Shown in pieces: positions 63,636 through 64,000 of a stretch of DNA of 64,000 nucleotides (its first letter is position 1; each line of letters starts with the position of its first letter). The stretch comes from a virus. The notes under the pieces are model-generated. The model saw only the letters and a list, made by a program, of their open reading frames with translations. It ran no database searches and was not told the DNA's origin. The stretch spans positions 1 to 64,000 of IMG/VR virus record IMGVR_UViG_3300047472_000237; one strand, written 5' to 3'. A program made the translations under genes and the position numbers.

Positions 63636-64000
63636 TGTCGAACACCATCAAACTGAACACGTCGCATCGTGATGCCATCCAGCGGAAGCTCATCGAGAAC
63701 AAGTTCAGCCCGCGCGAGAAGCAGCTGGTCCTGGACAACGAGAAGCTGGCCCTGGACGTCTACCACGCCACCTTCTCGCCCTCAGAGCGGAAGAAGATGG
63801 ACGAGCTCCCGGTCGGCTGGCTCCGCCGCGTGCACACCATCCGTGCCCGCCTGGGCGGCGTCGACTTCGGCTACAAGCTGGCCGGCAAGAAGAGCGTACC
63901 GATGCCAGCTGAGAAGTGCGACACGTACAACGAGCAGAGCACCTTCCTGCTCGCCGTCAGCGACGGCCCACTTGCGGTCGAGGCCCGCCGGCTCGAGCGG
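63635..64000 (+). CDS. Nmad5-like (nucleotide modification associated) protein, cut off by the window end
   Basis: TAATG coupling; my translation 'MSNTIKLNTSHRDAIQRKLIENKF...LALDVYHATFSPSERKKMDELPVGWL' fits the Nmad5 pattern. Confidence 0.65.
   Translation, partial: MSNTIKLNTSHRDAIQRKLIENKFSPREKQLVLDNEKLALDVYHATFSPSERKKMDELPVGWLRRVHTIRARLGGVDFGYKLAGKKSVPMPAEKCDTYNEQSTFLLAVSDGPLAVEARRLER

Noticed and set aside
1-64000. Stop-codon reassignment
   Set aside because: Core genes are intact under the standard code; TAG, TGA and TAA all terminate genes (TAG at 3889, 5785, 38414) and no suppressor tRNA is seen.
1-64000. Prophage or temperate lifestyle
   Set aside because: No integrase, divergent repressor pair or host flanking genes in the window; recJ and the sigma gene are embedded among phage genes with phage-type promoters. 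The unseen part of the contig could change this.

Overview
The window is most of the genome of a high-GC tailed dsDNA phage (siphovirus-type structural module). Its gene content resembles Pseudomonas phages YuA/M6/PaMx11. Every credible gene is on the + strand, and no integrase, CRISPR array or rRNA is visible. Layout: about 20 small early-type genes, most with their own sigma70-like promoter and separated by unusual periodic non-coding blocks (1-8433); a 1.4 kb non-coding stretch (8434-9843); terminase, head and tail genes (10666-34544); a holin-like gene and a T5 A1-like phosphoesterase; replication genes (SNF2 helicase, SSB-like, Dda/RecD-like helicase, nrdB/nrdA, family A polymerase, primase-helicase); a complete thymidine hypermodification cluster predicted to make 5-hmdU and then 5-acetylaminomethyl-dU; and host-like recJ and sigma70 genes that suggest a Planctomycetota (Phycisphaerae-like) host. 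The most interesting unexplained signals are: (1) a promoter-driven ~310-nt structured RNA directly in front of the modification cluster; (2) alternating blocks that either avoid or are saturated with TG/TC, the dinucleotides implicated as hypermodification targets, including 9- and 10-bp phased arrays; (3) a tRNA-like RNA with a doubled anticodon arm; (4) genome-wide leaderless or near-leaderless transcription; and (5) a candidate alpha-helical unimolecular spanin. All family assignments come from motif recognition by eye, not from database searches.
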